The position numbers and the translations under genes were made by a program. 64,000 nt of DNA, from positions 1 to 64,000 of the IMG/VR virus record IMGVR_UViG_3300027872_000002. The stretch is one strand, 5' to 3'. The stretch comes from a virus. Shown in pieces: positions 8,043 through 17,141 of the stretch (position 1 is the stretch's first letter; each line of letters begins with the position of its first letter). Under the pieces are notes generated by a model. The model did not search any database. It saw nothing but the letters and a program-made list of their open reading frames with translations, and was not told where the DNA came from.

Positions 8043-8131
8043 AGGGCTTCCTCATCGGTGTCCTCGTGACCGTGGCCCTCGTGGCCCTCGCCATATGGGG
8101 GCTGATGGTCCTCACCCAGCCGAGGATGTAG
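8039..8131 (+). CDS. possible 30-aa single-pass membrane peptide
   Basis: Internal ATG 8039 (ATGA overlap) of ORF 7850..8131: MKGFLIGVLVTVALVALAIWGLMVLTQPRM. Confidence 0.3.
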   Translation: MKGFLIGVLVTVALVALAIWGLMVLTQPRM

Positions 8132-8134
8132 CGC

Positions 8135-8359
8135 ATGGCCGTCTCGATACCCAAGGCAGGTGGGATCATCGCTACAAAGGGCACGTGGTCCCAGGACAAG
8201 AATGGCGCCTGGCTAGGCTGTCCCCATACATGTCAGATGTACACACATATTGAACTCGCCAACATTGCGGAGAGCGGAGACGTGACGCCATCATTTGATT
8301 GCCCCAACTGTGACTATGATGAACTGGTGACCTTGACTGGCTGGGTCGCACCATCATGA
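8135..8359 (+). CDS. hypothetical protein (Cys/His-containing)
   Basis: 74-aa ORF with CPHTC ... CPNCDYDE. Confidence 0.4.
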   Translation: MAVSIPKAGGIIATKGTWSQDKNGAWLGCPHTCQMYTHIELANIAESGDVTPSFDCPNCDYDELVTLTGWVAPS

Positions 8360-8565
8360 GCACATGTCGATTTGGGGCCAGCCACCAGCAAAAATCCACA
8401 ATGGAAACACAGTGAAAATCCAGGCCGAAATGGGGCTGCAAATCTGGGCCCCCCAACGATTGAAAATCAACGTAAGCGCTGCGCCTGGATGGCACGAATT
8501 TTTTCAGCCCGACCAATCCCGGTTTGCCTTTGCCCTCCGAAAATTTTTCACCATGAGTTGGGCCC

Positions 8566-8751
8566 GTGTCTGAATTGGAACTGAGACGTTGTACCCACGA
8601 GGGCTGCGACTATCCAGATCATATCGAGAACTGCCCAGATTGCTTTGGCTGGGGGTTCGTGGACGGTCGCATAATCATCGCTGCTGAAGTCGAGTCTGCG
8701 CGCAGCATGAATTGGACTCGCTGCGATGTCTGTAAGGGATCGCCAGAATGA
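8566..8751 (+). CDS. small zinc-ribbon-like protein
   Basis: 61 aa with an ATGA overlap to terL. CTHEGC ... CPDC ... CDVC. Confidence 0.45.
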   Translation: MSELELRRCTHEGCDYPDHIENCPDCFGWGFVDGRIIIAAEVESARSMNWTRCDVCKGSPE

Positions 8752-10151
8752 AAACGTCAGAGCACATCCGCAAGGCATACGAAGCCAAGATGCGGGAGCC
8801 TTCCTTCAAGGCCACGCCCAAGCAGGAGATTTTTGCTGAGGCCGTGTTCTCAGGTGAGTATCTGTACCTGGCTCTTGGCGGTGGGATCCGTGGGACCAAG
8901 ACGTGGGGCACCCTGGCGATGGTATTCTTGCTCTGTCGCATTTTTCCTGGATCTCGATGGGCGATTGTCCGCAAGGACCTTCCCACATTGAGACGGAACA
9001 CTCTCCCCTCCATCGCAAAGCTCCGGCTCACAGCGGCAGGGTTTGTCGGGGACATCAACCAATCGACTTGGAGCTATATGTGCAATAACGGTTCTGAGAT
9101 CCTCTTGTTTCCGGAGTCCATCCAGACAGACCCTGACCTCGACCGTTGGAAGGGATTGGAGGTCAATGGCTTCGTGCTTGAGGAGGCCAACGAGATGGCC
9201 GAAGCCAGCGCCAACAAGGCCATCGAGCGGGCAGGATCTTGGATCATCCCAGCGACTCCGTTCAATCCCCATCCGAAGCAGCCTCCACCATTCGTATTCT
9301 TCACTTTCAACCCGTGTGCGAATTGGCCGCGCCAGTGGTTCTATGAGCCATCGGAGAATGGGACTTTGAAGCCGCCATTTTTCTATCTCCCATCCACCGC
9401 TGCCGACAATCCGTACATACCCGATGAGGTGCGAGAGGCTTGGAAGAATCTGCCCCCAGCAGAGTATGAACGGTTCATCGAGGGCTCATGGGAGTTCACG
9501 GATGACCCTGACCAGCTGTTCAAGGCCGAATGGATCCTGGCAGCCCGTGGTTTGGAGCAGGTCATGGGGCCGGCACGACTGGGAGTGGACCCCGCACGGT
9601 TTGGGGATGATGAGACCACGTTTTGTCGTACCTCCGGCAACAGCTGGATCTCGATGACCTCGCATCCCCAACTCAAACTCGACCGGTGCGCCGATATTGC
9701 GATGGCGATGGCCCAAGACCGGCTGGACCCGATCAATGGCGAGGATATACGCATCGACACCGTGGGGCTTGGCGGTGGTGTTGCGGATATAATGACGACC
9801 AGGGGCTGGGAAATCATGGAGGTGGTGGCGGGTGCCAAACCCTGGAAACGACGGGAGTCATTCTACAAGTTCAAGAACGTGCGGAGCCAGATGTGGTGGG
9901 AGGGGGCAGAGAAGTTCCGCCAAGGTCTCTGTCCATTGCCGGATGAGGTCCCAACAAGGCTGTTCGCGGATCTCACTGCAGCACATTATAAGATAAGCGC
10001 TGACCGCACTGTTGAGATCGAGCCCAAGGACGCAATGAAGAAGCGCATTGGCCGGAGCCCTGATTGGGCCGATGCTTATCTCATGGCCATCATGGACCCA
10101 CCCGAATTGGGGCGTCCACAGAAGGTCCAATTCACCAACGTGAGGATGTAA
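8748..10151 (+). CDS. terL: terminase large subunit
   Basis: 467 aa. Walker A-like GGGIRGTKTWG, Walker B-like FVLEEANEM, C-terminal nuclease-like region (GVDPARFGDDET ... DWADAYLMA). Located just upstream of the portal gene. Confidence 0.85.
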   Translation: MKTSEHIRKAYEAKMREPSFKATPKQEIFAEAVFSGEYLYLALGGGIRGTKTWGTLAMVFLLCRIFPGSRWAIVRKDLPTLRRNTLPSIAKLRLTAAGFVGDINQSTWSYMCNNGSEILLFPESIQTDPDLDRWKGLEVNGFVLEEANEMAEASANKAIERAGSWIIPATPFNPHPKQPPPFVFFTFNPCANWPRQWFYEPSENGTLKPPFFYLPSTAADNPYIPDEVREAWKNLPPAEYERFIEGSWEFTDDPDQLFKAEWILAARGLEQVMGPARLGVDPARFGDDETTFCRTSGNSWISMTSHPQLKLDRCADIAMAMAQDRLDPINGEDIRIDTVGLGGGVADIMTTRGWEIMEVVAGAKPWKRRESFYKFKNVRSQMWWEGAEKFRQGLCPLPDEVPTRLFADLTAAHYKISADRTVEIEPKDAMKKRIGRSPDWADAYLMAIMDPPELGRPQKVQFTNVRM

Positions 10152-10154
10152 CAG

Positions 10155-11858
10155 ATGCCGCATAATGAGCAGATCGGCACGCCTGAGGAATTGAGGTCCA
10201 TCAGCGCCAACCAGCGCAAGAGTGTCACGAGCAACAAGCCCAATCTGCCCACGTATGTTCGACCGGAGTGGCTGCGATGGATGCCGGATCTCAATTTGCT
10301 CTTTCGACTCCTCGCTGGCACCCGAACGATGTGGCAACACGTCAGAGAATACATCCGCCAATGGGCCGATGAGGAAAACACGGTTTATTGGATCCGCGCA
10401 CGCAGCGAACAGCTGTTTGAAGGGCTCGGACGCACCCTCTCAGCGGCCATAGGCATGCTATTCGCCAAACCCCCAGCCGTAGTGTTCCCAGACGGTTCTG
10501 CAGCCCGTGCAGAGATGGAGCCTCATTTGGAAAACATCGATGGCGCTGGGACAAACTTCAACGTGTTCGTGAAGAGGTTCACCGAGGCCAGTTTGCGAGA
10601 TGGGGATGGCCTCATCCTCGTGGACTTCCCCACAGGGATCCTCGACCAGGAGACCGGCTTGCCCCGTGAAGTGTCCTCTGCTGAAGAGGAAGAATTGGGG
10701 CTGCGACCAACGTGGGCTCGATATGATAGGGCCAACATCCGGAACTGGCAGACCGGGAGGTTTGATAACCAAGACGTCATCACCCAAGTCAACCTGTATG
10801 AACCGCTGTTCGTCAAGGATGGCCGGTTTGGGGTCCGGTGGGAGCATCGGTGGAGGTTCCTCCACATGGCCCCAAAGCTGTCCAACCCCATTGACCCAGC
10901 GTCAACCCCAGTAGGGATCCAAGCGCAGTGGTCGCTGATCCGTCTCCTCCCGGACAAGAGTGGAGATGAGCCGGAGGACTTTCAAACGGTGGGCCAGGGC
11001 GTGTTCATGGACAAGGATGGCGGGACCTTTGACCGGCTCCCCATCTCCATCGCGTATACAGGCAAGAAGAATGCCCCCTTGGTCGCTGTCCCTCCCCTCT
11101 TGGGAGTGGCGTGGGCCAACCTGGGGCTCTGGCAAATCGCTACCAATGTCCGATTTTATCTGGACTTGGTATCGTTCCCTCAGCCCACGATTATTGGCGA
11201 CCTCAACGAGGTCTCTGGGATTGACGAGAATGGGAACCGGATCACGGTCCCTGGCAAGCTCAAAATTGGCCCCATGGTCGCTGTCCATCTGTCTGCTGGC
11301 AATGCCGACTCGCCACCAAGCTCCTATACCTTCACCACGCCCACTTCGGATGGGTTCGTGCCCAACGAAAATGCGATGCGTAGGAAGCGTGAGGACATCG
11401 CGGCCCTGGGGATGTCCTTCCTCGACCGTGACAAGCGAGCAGCGGAGACCGCAGAGGCCAAGAGGCTCGATGCCACTGCCGAGAACGCCACCCTGGCGAC
11501 CGCAGCCCAAGGGATAGATGATGCGGTGGATGGGGCCATGAAAATCCACGCTCAATATCTTGGCTTCTCCAAAGAGGAAGCTCCCAGCGTTACACTCAAC
11601 AGGGACTTCGATCAGAACATCATGGACGCCCAGATGATGGGCGCTTGGATCGCTGGAGTCGAGAAGGCTGGCTTGCCGCCACGTATCCTGCTGGAAGCTT
11701 GGCAAGCCGGTGGCCAAATCCCGGATGGCGTGGACCTCGATGAGTTGGAGCAGGAGATGCTGGCTAACCAGGCCGCCAAGGAAGCAGCTGAGCAACTGGA
11801 GCGTGAGGAGCGGATGGCCCAATTGGCACTACCACCAGGAGAGAATGAAGATGGCTAA
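10155..11858 (+). CDS. portal protein
   Basis: 567 aa, immediately after terL. Size, acidic/coiled C-terminus and gene order fit. No diagnostic motif read by eye. Confidence 0.7.
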   Translation: MPHNEQIGTPEELRSISANQRKSVTSNKPNLPTYVRPEWLRWMPDLNLLFRLLAGTRTMWQHVREYIRQWADEENTVYWIRARSEQLFEGLGRTLSAAIGMLFAKPPAVVFPDGSAARAEMEPHLENIDGAGTNFNVFVKRFTEASLRDGDGLILVDFPTGILDQETGLPREVSSAEEEELGLRPTWARYDRANIRNWQTGRFDNQDVITQVNLYEPLFVKDGRFGVRWEHRWRFLHMAPKLSNPIDPASTPVGIQAQWSLIRLLPDKSGDEPEDFQTVGQGVFMDKDGGTFDRLPISIAYTGKKNAPLVAVPPLLGVAWANLGLWQIATNVRFYLDLVSFPQPTIIGDLNEVSGIDENGNRITVPGKLKIGPMVAVHLSAGNADSPPSSYTFTTPTSDGFVPNENAMRRKREDIAALGMSFLDRDKRAAETAEAKRLDATAENATLATAAQGIDDAVDGAMKIHAQYLGFSKEEAPSVTLNRDFDQNIMDAQMMGAWIAGVEKAGLPPRILLEAWQAGGQIPDGVDLDELEQEMLANQAAKEAAEQLEREERMAQLALPPGENEDG

Positions 11859-11985
11859 GCAAGGAATCAAACCGGTCAGCCCCAGCACCAGGCCAGGGTC
11901 CGCCAAGAAGGTTGGAAAAGTCGCAAGGCCTGTACCCCCACGAGGTCGTGGCAAGGGTGGCCGCAATCCACGGAGGAACCGATAA
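11851..11985 (+). CDS. possible 44-aa highly basic protein
   Basis: Internal ATG 11851 of ORF 11710..11985, with GGAGAG 7 nt upstream: MAKQGIKPVSPSTRPGSAKKVGKVARPVPPRGRGKGGRNPRRNR. TAATG overlap with the next gene. Confidence 0.35.
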   Translation: MAKQGIKPVSPSTRPGSAKKVGKVARPVPPRGRGKGGRNPRRNR

Positions 11986-12485
11986 TGGGAACTGTTCTTG
12001 AGGTGGTCCTGTCGAGTCCTCCGTTGGGTGTCCGGGAGGATCCTGACCTGGGCCTCGATAAGGTGGTGGATCCAACGGTGGTCCACTCGATGGTCATCCC
12101 GGTGGGCGCGAGCCTGGGGCCAGACACGACTCCTCCCGTGACGCAGGTTTGGAGCGACAGGATAGCTCTTGTTGCTGGGGTGTTCACACTCGACCTCCAA
12201 GCCTTGGTCGGATCCAACCTCCCAACCATCGACCTCACTGGTCTCAAGATCCAGATTTTTCAGTTCTCGTGCCCACAGGCGAACAGTGGCTTCATCAACG
12301 TCACTCCGGGAGCCGTCAATGGGTACGATCTCGTTGGGGCCTCCATGTTCGTCAGCCTCTTGCCCGGAGACTTCCAGCTGCTGGTTCTGAATGACTCCCA
12401 GGCAGACGTATCTGGCCCCAATAGCGAGATTGATTTTACCGGCTCCGGAGTTGACGAATTTGACATCCTCATAGCCGCAGGATAG
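11985..12485 (+). CDS. hypothetical virion-module protein
   Basis: 166-aa ORF between the portal and MuF-like genes. Confidence 0.5.
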   Translation: MGTVLEVVLSSPPLGVREDPDLGLDKVVDPTVVHSMVIPVGASLGPDTTPPVTQVWSDRIALVAGVFTLDLQALVGSNLPTIDLTGLKIQIFQFSCPQANSGFINVTPGAVNGYDLVGASMFVSLLPGDFQLLVLNDSQADVSGPNSEIDFTGSGVDEFDILIAAG

Positions 12486-12489
12486 CACC

Positions 12490-12807
12490 ATGGTCGATGT
12501 GACAGAAGGCAAAGATGAGAATGGCGGGATCCCGATTCATATGGCCCAGAGCTTGGCCTACATGAGGACCGCCAAGGCAATGCAGGATGCGATGAAGCTC
12601 CTTGGGCGTCCTGCGGAGATCATGATTGGCCCGCAACTCAATGAGGGCGAGATGTACGTGGTCAATACCAGCTTGGAAACGGACATCTATGCCTCAGAGG
12701 ATCCTGGCCGCATCCTCATCGTCCATAAGGGCATGCTTGAAGAGGCTGAGGTGATGAAGGCCGCATTGGATTCGGCACTCGATGAAGATGAGGGGCCGGA
12801 GGGATAG
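12490..12807 (+). CDS. hypothetical acidic protein
   Basis: 105-aa ORF, tightly packed. Confidence 0.5.
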   Translation: MVDVTEGKDENGGIPIHMAQSLAYMRTAKAMQDAMKLLGRPAEIMIGPQLNEGEMYVVNTSLETDIYASEDPGRILIVHKGMLEEAEVMKAALDSALDEDEGPEG

Positions 12808-13793
12808 TGGCCAGCGCAGCAGCCCTCCGGCTCCAACGCAGGATTGCCAGATTTGCTCGGACCTTGGAACCTGAGTTGGCCCTCCGGATATTCCAAGCCT
12901 GGAATGCCATTCGGACAGTCCTCAGCAATGATGATATTATTGCCCTCCTCAAGCTTGGGGCTGGAGCGGAGAGAGTGGTGACGGAAGTGGCTGCGTTCAA
13001 GGACTTGGACCGATTGTTTGTCAGCACCGTTGGCCCAGCCCTGAATGGAGGCGCAATTCGGGCTGGTCGAGCATTCTCGATAGACCTCCCAACCAAGGCC
13101 GCACGCGAGGCCGCCAAGGGAGGGATTGACTTGTTGAATCCACGGGTCATCGATGGGCTCAGAAAGCTTGACGACAGGGTGTTCATGAAGATGGTGATTG
13201 GGACTCAGGAAACACTCCAGCAAGCGATTGGGAGAGGGCTGGCTGACGGGATGGGTCACCGCGCCATAGCTCGGGAGGCAAGAGCGGCGATTGGGTTGGC
13301 CCCAAACAATGAAAGAGCAGTTGCCAATTTTGAGAAAATGCTTCGTGAGGGCAACCCTGATGTGCTCCGGAGGAGTCTGCGAGATCGGAGGTTTGACGGC
13401 ACCATCAAACGGGCCTTTGGGAAAGGTGGCAAGGGCTTGACGGAGAAACAGATTCAGAAGATGGTCGCTGCCAACCGGCGCAGGGCCATTGCGTCCAATA
13501 CTGCACGCCACTCCAAGGATGCCTCGCTGGATGCCACTCGTATGGGGCAACGGATGAGTTTTGAGGATGCATTTTCCAAAGGTCTCGCCAAACGAGAGGA
13601 GACGTGGAAACGTAGGCATGACGTAGGGGATAGCTTCGTCAGGCCGGTCCATGCAGAGATTGACGGAGAGGAAGTGCAGTTTGATGAGCCATATGGAAAT
13701 GGCGAGATCGTGGCCGGAGATTCCAGCATTGCCTGTCGTTGCTCGGATGAGTATTTCACCAAGCTCCTTTCCACCGGTATAGCAGGGGCCTAG
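12807..13793 (+). CDS. head morphogenesis protein (Mu F / SPP1 gp7-like)
   Basis: 328 aa with a GTG start. C-terminal signature VRPVHAEIDGEEVQFDEPYGNGEIVAGDSSIACRCSDEY, typical of the Phage_Mu_F domain. Confidence 0.7.
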   Translation: MASAAALRLQRRIARFARTLEPELALRIFQAWNAIRTVLSNDDIIALLKLGAGAERVVTEVAAFKDLDRLFVSTVGPALNGGAIRAGRAFSIDLPTKAAREAAKGGIDLLNPRVIDGLRKLDDRVFMKMVIGTQETLQQAIGRGLADGMGHRAIAREARAAIGLAPNNERAVANFEKMLREGNPDVLRRSLRDRRFDGTIKRAFGKGGKGLTEKQIQKMVAANRRRAIASNTARHSKDASLDATRMGQRMSFEDAFSKGLAKREETWKRRHDVGDSFVRPVHAEIDGEEVQFDEPYGNGEIVAGDSSIACRCSDEYFTKLLSTGIAGA

Positions 13794-13858
13794 ACTTGAC
13801 AGGATTCATAAGAACGCTCGCACGCACGTTCACATTATCGTCTGAGGAGTGATTCCAA

Positions 13859-14590
13859 ATGGCGTGGCCAAAGTACAAGACCAAGGATGAGGTACCCAAG
13901 GAGTTTTTGGGCGAGTATCATGAAGTGGATGGAGAGTGGGTAGCCAAGCCTCCAAAGGCTCCGGAGGGAACCCCAACGCCTGAGGATTTGGAGAAGGTCA
14001 AAGGGGCACTCGAAAAGGAGCGTGAGGAGCGCAAAGCAGCCGACAAATTGGGCAAGGAAACAGCCGCCAAGTTGAAGGAGGCTGAGGAAGCTGCTGCCGG
14101 TAAGAAGTTGGGCATGACGGAGGAGCAAATTGAGGAGTTCAAGGTCTCGATGCGCGCTGACCTCACGGAGGAGTACAAGGGCAAGCTTGAGGAGTTGACG
14201 GGCAAGATTGAGAAGCTCTCCGGAGTGGACGCTGAGAACCGTGGCCTCAAGCTTGATACTGCCGTCAAGGCTCGCATGCTGGCCAAGGAGATTGGCGTCA
14301 GAGGAGACCGTGTGGACGATCTCTTCAACTTGGCGAGAGGGGAATTTGATCTCACCGAGGACGGCAAGCCCAAGCTCACCAAGCATCCGGGCAAGACCGT
14401 GGATGTGTTCCTTGGGGATGACCTCAAGAAGCGATATCCAGAATTTTACATTGGCACCAAAGCTACCGGTGGCGGTGGTGGAGGAGCTTTCAACGCAGAC
14501 GGGTCTCCTGTGGTGGGGACTACGGCTGAGGATGTCTTGAAGAATCCCAAAGAGGCCATCGAGGCGGCACGCTCTCAAGAGACCGCCTGA
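13859..14590 (+). CDS. scaffolding protein
   Basis: 243 aa, Lys/Glu-rich coiled coil (KEREERKAADKLGKETAAKLKEAEEAAAGKK...), directly upstream of the capsid gene. Confidence 0.65.
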   Translation: MAWPKYKTKDEVPKEFLGEYHEVDGEWVAKPPKAPEGTPTPEDLEKVKGALEKEREERKAADKLGKETAAKLKEAEEAAAGKKLGMTEEQIEEFKVSMRADLTEEYKGKLEELTGKIEKLSGVDAENRGLKLDTAVKARMLAKEIGVRGDRVDDLFNLARGEFDLTEDGKPKLTKHPGKTVDVFLGDDLKKRYPEFYIGTKATGGGGGGAFNADGSPVVGTTAEDVLKNPKEAIEAARSQETA

Positions 14591-14676
14591 AGTAGCTCCG
14601 GCGTGATGCCGGCGCAGGACAGCTAGGCAGCCAGCGAGAGGTTGCCCCGTGGCTTGGCGCCATGGTGAGTTCCGAA

Positions 14677-14784
14677 GTGAGTCAGGGGATCTGGCTCGAC
14701 CATATAGAGGCACGGGCGTGACGCCCAAGGGTCTCCATGGTTTGAGGAAAGGTCACACGGATCCCCTGGCTCACTTTTTGTGTT
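14677..14784 (+). terminator. long stem-loop followed by a T-run (terminator/attenuator-like)
   Basis: GTGAGTCAGGGGATC (14677-14691) pairs with GATCCCCTGGCTCAC (14760-14774): 15 bp including one G-U. It encloses an inner hairpin GGGCGTGACGCCC and is followed by TTTTTGTGTT. Confidence 0.35.
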
Positions 14785-14823
14785 CCGGGGACAAACAGAA
14801 ACCCTGGACAGAGGAATTGAACC

Positions 14824-15762
14824 ATGTCGCTGACCCTAGTGGAGGCCAGTAAGCTGATGGCCAACCAGGGTGAGACGCTCAGGGCTGGAGTCATCGCGAT
14901 GTTTGCGAGATCCAGCGACATCCTGATGCGCCTTCCCTTCAAGAACATTGCCGGTAACGCATTTGCGTATAACCGGGAGGGCTCCCTGCCCTCAGTAGCT
15001 TTCCGTGGCGTGAACGAGAGCTACACACCGTCCACGGGCGTCATCAACCCGTTGACAGAAGCACTCCGAATTGCCGGTGGCGATTTGGACGTGGACACCT
15101 TCATCGTCTCCACTGGTGGGCCTGGCGTGCGCGCTACCCACGAGGAGTTGAAGGTCAAGGCACTCTCTGCCGAATTGACACGCGTCATCGTCAAGGGTGA
15201 CAGCGAGTCGCAGCCACGGGAGTTTGATGGACTCCAGGCGCGCATCACCGGCACTCAGCTCATCGAAAATGGCGCAACGGATGGGGGTGATCCTCTCTCG
15301 TTGCTCAACCTCGATGAAGCCTTGGACCAGTGCATCGGTCCCAATCAGGTTCTCCTGATGAACAAGGCGATGCGTCGGCGCATCACTGTCGCCGGTCGCA
15401 CAGAGGCCGTGAGTGGGCACGTGAACTACGTGCTCGATGAGTTTGGCCGTCAGGTCACTCAGTATAACGGCATCCCGATCATGACTGCCTACTCGGACAA
15501 TGATGGAGTGGATCCCATTGCGTTCGATGAGCTTGGCTCCACGGGAGCTACGGCAACCGCATCGTCCATCTACATTCTGGCGTTGGGCGATGGGCTCGTG
15601 TCGGGAATCCAGAATGGGGTCATGTCGGTTCGTGACCTTGGAGAGCTTCAGACGGATCCTCTCTGGAGGACTCGCGTGGAGTGGTTCACTGGGCTCGTCA
15701 TTGAGCATGGTCGCGCAGCTGTCCGGCTGCGGGGAATCACTGACGCTCCGGTTGTGGTCTGA
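14824..15762 (+). CDS. major capsid protein
   Basis: 312 aa. The N-terminus MSLTLVEASKLMANQGETLRAGVIAMFARSSDILMRLPFKNIAGNAFAYNREGSLPSVAFRGVNESY matches a widespread phage major capsid family pattern. Positioned after the scaffold gene. Confidence 0.8.
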   Translation: MSLTLVEASKLMANQGETLRAGVIAMFARSSDILMRLPFKNIAGNAFAYNREGSLPSVAFRGVNESYTPSTGVINPLTEALRIAGGDLDVDTFIVSTGGPGVRATHEELKVKALSAELTRVIVKGDSESQPREFDGLQARITGTQLIENGATDGGDPLSLLNLDEALDQCIGPNQVLLMNKAMRRRITVAGRTEAVSGHVNYVLDEFGRQVTQYNGIPIMTAYSDNDGVDPIAFDELGSTGATATASSIYILALGDGLVSGIQNGVMSVRDLGELQTDPLWRTRVEWFTGLVIEHGRAAVRLRGITDAPVVV

Positions 15763-15765
15763 TCG

Positions 15766-16116
15766 GTGTCGCAGAGAACCATCACACGTAGGCTCCTTGC
15801 CTTCGATATTGAAGGTGGGGTGAGGGCACGTCGCAATCTTGCCATCGCCTACGGCCAACACGTCACCGTGACGGCTGATGATGATGTCGAGACCGGGCTG
15901 GAAACGGTCCAGCAGATTGTGGCGTCAGCGGATGATGACCCTGCGGTGGATGCCTTCTATATCACGGCGACAGCCGGAGACCAATCGGGCACGCCACCGC
16001 AGGGATCCGTGAAGATCAAGACTTGGAAATCCACGGGACCGGGGAACACAGAGTTGATCCCGGCCACAGCGTTCGGAGTCGAAGTGAATTGGATCGCCTT
16101 CGGCACGCTGACTTAG
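15766..16116 (+). CDS. hypothetical head-module protein
   Basis: 116 aa with a GTG start 4 nt after the capsid gene stop. Confidence 0.45.
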   Translation: MSQRTITRRLLAFDIEGGVRARRNLAIAYGQHVTVTADDDVETGLETVQQIVASADDDPAVDAFYITATAGDQSGTPPQGSVKIKTWKSTGPGNTELIPATAFGVEVNWIAFGTLT

Positions 16117-16177
16117 CGAGCGGCCCAATGGCTGCCGCATACCTCAAGCAGGGTGGGTCCCTGCCAAGGAGAGGATC

Positions 16178-16657
16178 ATGACGAGGAACCGCAAGGACAG
16201 GACCTTTGATGCCGCAACCGAACTCAAGGATGCGGGCCTGATTGCTGCGTCGGCAGCTACCCAGGTCGGAGGCTCCGATGTAATCTTGGATCTGGAAGAG
16301 GGTGGTGGTCTTTTCGACACGCCCAGCGGCAGCGATGGGAGCCGGTTCGATGGCTCTATCATCATCGATGTCACGGAGATCGAAATTGCGACGGGTGATG
16401 AGGTGTTCGACATCCTCGCCCAGGTCTCCAGTTCGCCCACGTTTGCGAGTGATGTCAAGAACGTGGCTGGCCTCAACCTCGCTGCGACGGCTGTGGCGGA
16501 TGGCGGAGCCGATGATGGCGAAGTTGGCCATTATGAACTCGGCTTCACCAACGAGCAGAATGGCGTGGCTCGCCGGTACATGCGGCTGTTCACGGTCGTG
16601 GCCGGAACCATCGCCACTGGTATCGACTACGTGGCCCATCTGGCCAAGAAGGCGTAG
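16178..16657 (+). CDS. hypothetical structural protein (possible decoration protein)
   Basis: 159 aa with GGAGAGGA upstream. Followed by hairpin CTCTCCCA(16691)/TGGGAGAG(16714). Confidence 0.5.
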   Translation: MTRNRKDRTFDAATELKDAGLIAASAATQVGGSDVILDLEEGGGLFDTPSGSDGSRFDGSIIIDVTEIEIATGDEVFDILAQVSSSPTFASDVKNVAGLNLAATAVADGGADDGEVGHYELGFTNEQNGVARRYMRLFTVVAGTIATGIDYVAHLAKKA

Positions 16658-16748
16658 CGCAGAACGTAGTCAAGACATCCTGTGAGATCGCTCTCCCATC
16701 GGGGCACGCTCGGTGGGAGAGTCCTCCCGGAACCAAACGGAGATCACG

Positions 16749-17138
16749 ATGCCGAAATCCACAGTAATTCCCAAGGACCTCCCCAAGCTCCCAAGGCTCC
16801 CAAGTGGCGCTTTGAAGATCAAGATTTGGAACAAGGAGACGGGTGAGGAATTTGAGCGCTGGCCGATTGATGCCAGAGCGATGTTGGGGAGCGGTCATTA
16901 TACGACCACCAACCCAAACGACTCAAGCGTCACGACTGCTTCTGACGTTGGTCTCCCGGAGCCTGGAGATGAGGAGCCTGAAGCGGATCCTGCTCCCCAA
17001 GCGACAGCTGCCAAAGAGGCGTCTGGAAAAGAGCACAGCCCTGGGGTCCCGCTGAGGGCAACTCCGGCTGAGAAGCCAGCGGCCAAGAAGGGTAGTGGTG
17101 GCCGCAAATCCCAAGCGTCCAAAGAGGCTGGGGAGTAG
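16749..17138 (+). CDS. hypothetical protein with a low-complexity Pro/Ala/Lys tail
   Basis: Internal ATG 16749 of ORF 16713..17138, with GGAG 6 nt upstream. Confidence 0.45.
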   Translation: MPKSTVIPKDLPKLPRLPSGALKIKIWNKETGEEFERWPIDARAMLGSGHYTTTNPNDSSVTTASDVGLPEPGDEEPEADPAPQATAAKEASGKEHSPGVPLRATPAEKPAAKKGSGGRKSQASKEAGE

Positions 17139-17141
17139 ACC

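Noticed and set aside
8364-8584. Two overlapping + strand ORFs (8364..8573, 8372..8584)
   Set aside because: They are mutually exclusive frames, both with implausible compositions. The DNA shows A-tract/GAAAATC reiteration, so the region is treated as probably non-coding (see findings).
14649-14852. 67-aa + strand ORF in the scaffold-capsid gap
   Set aside because: It has a GTG start, overlaps the well-supported capsid gene start, and is composed of the stem-loop sequences. The gap is better interpreted as a structured non-coding element.
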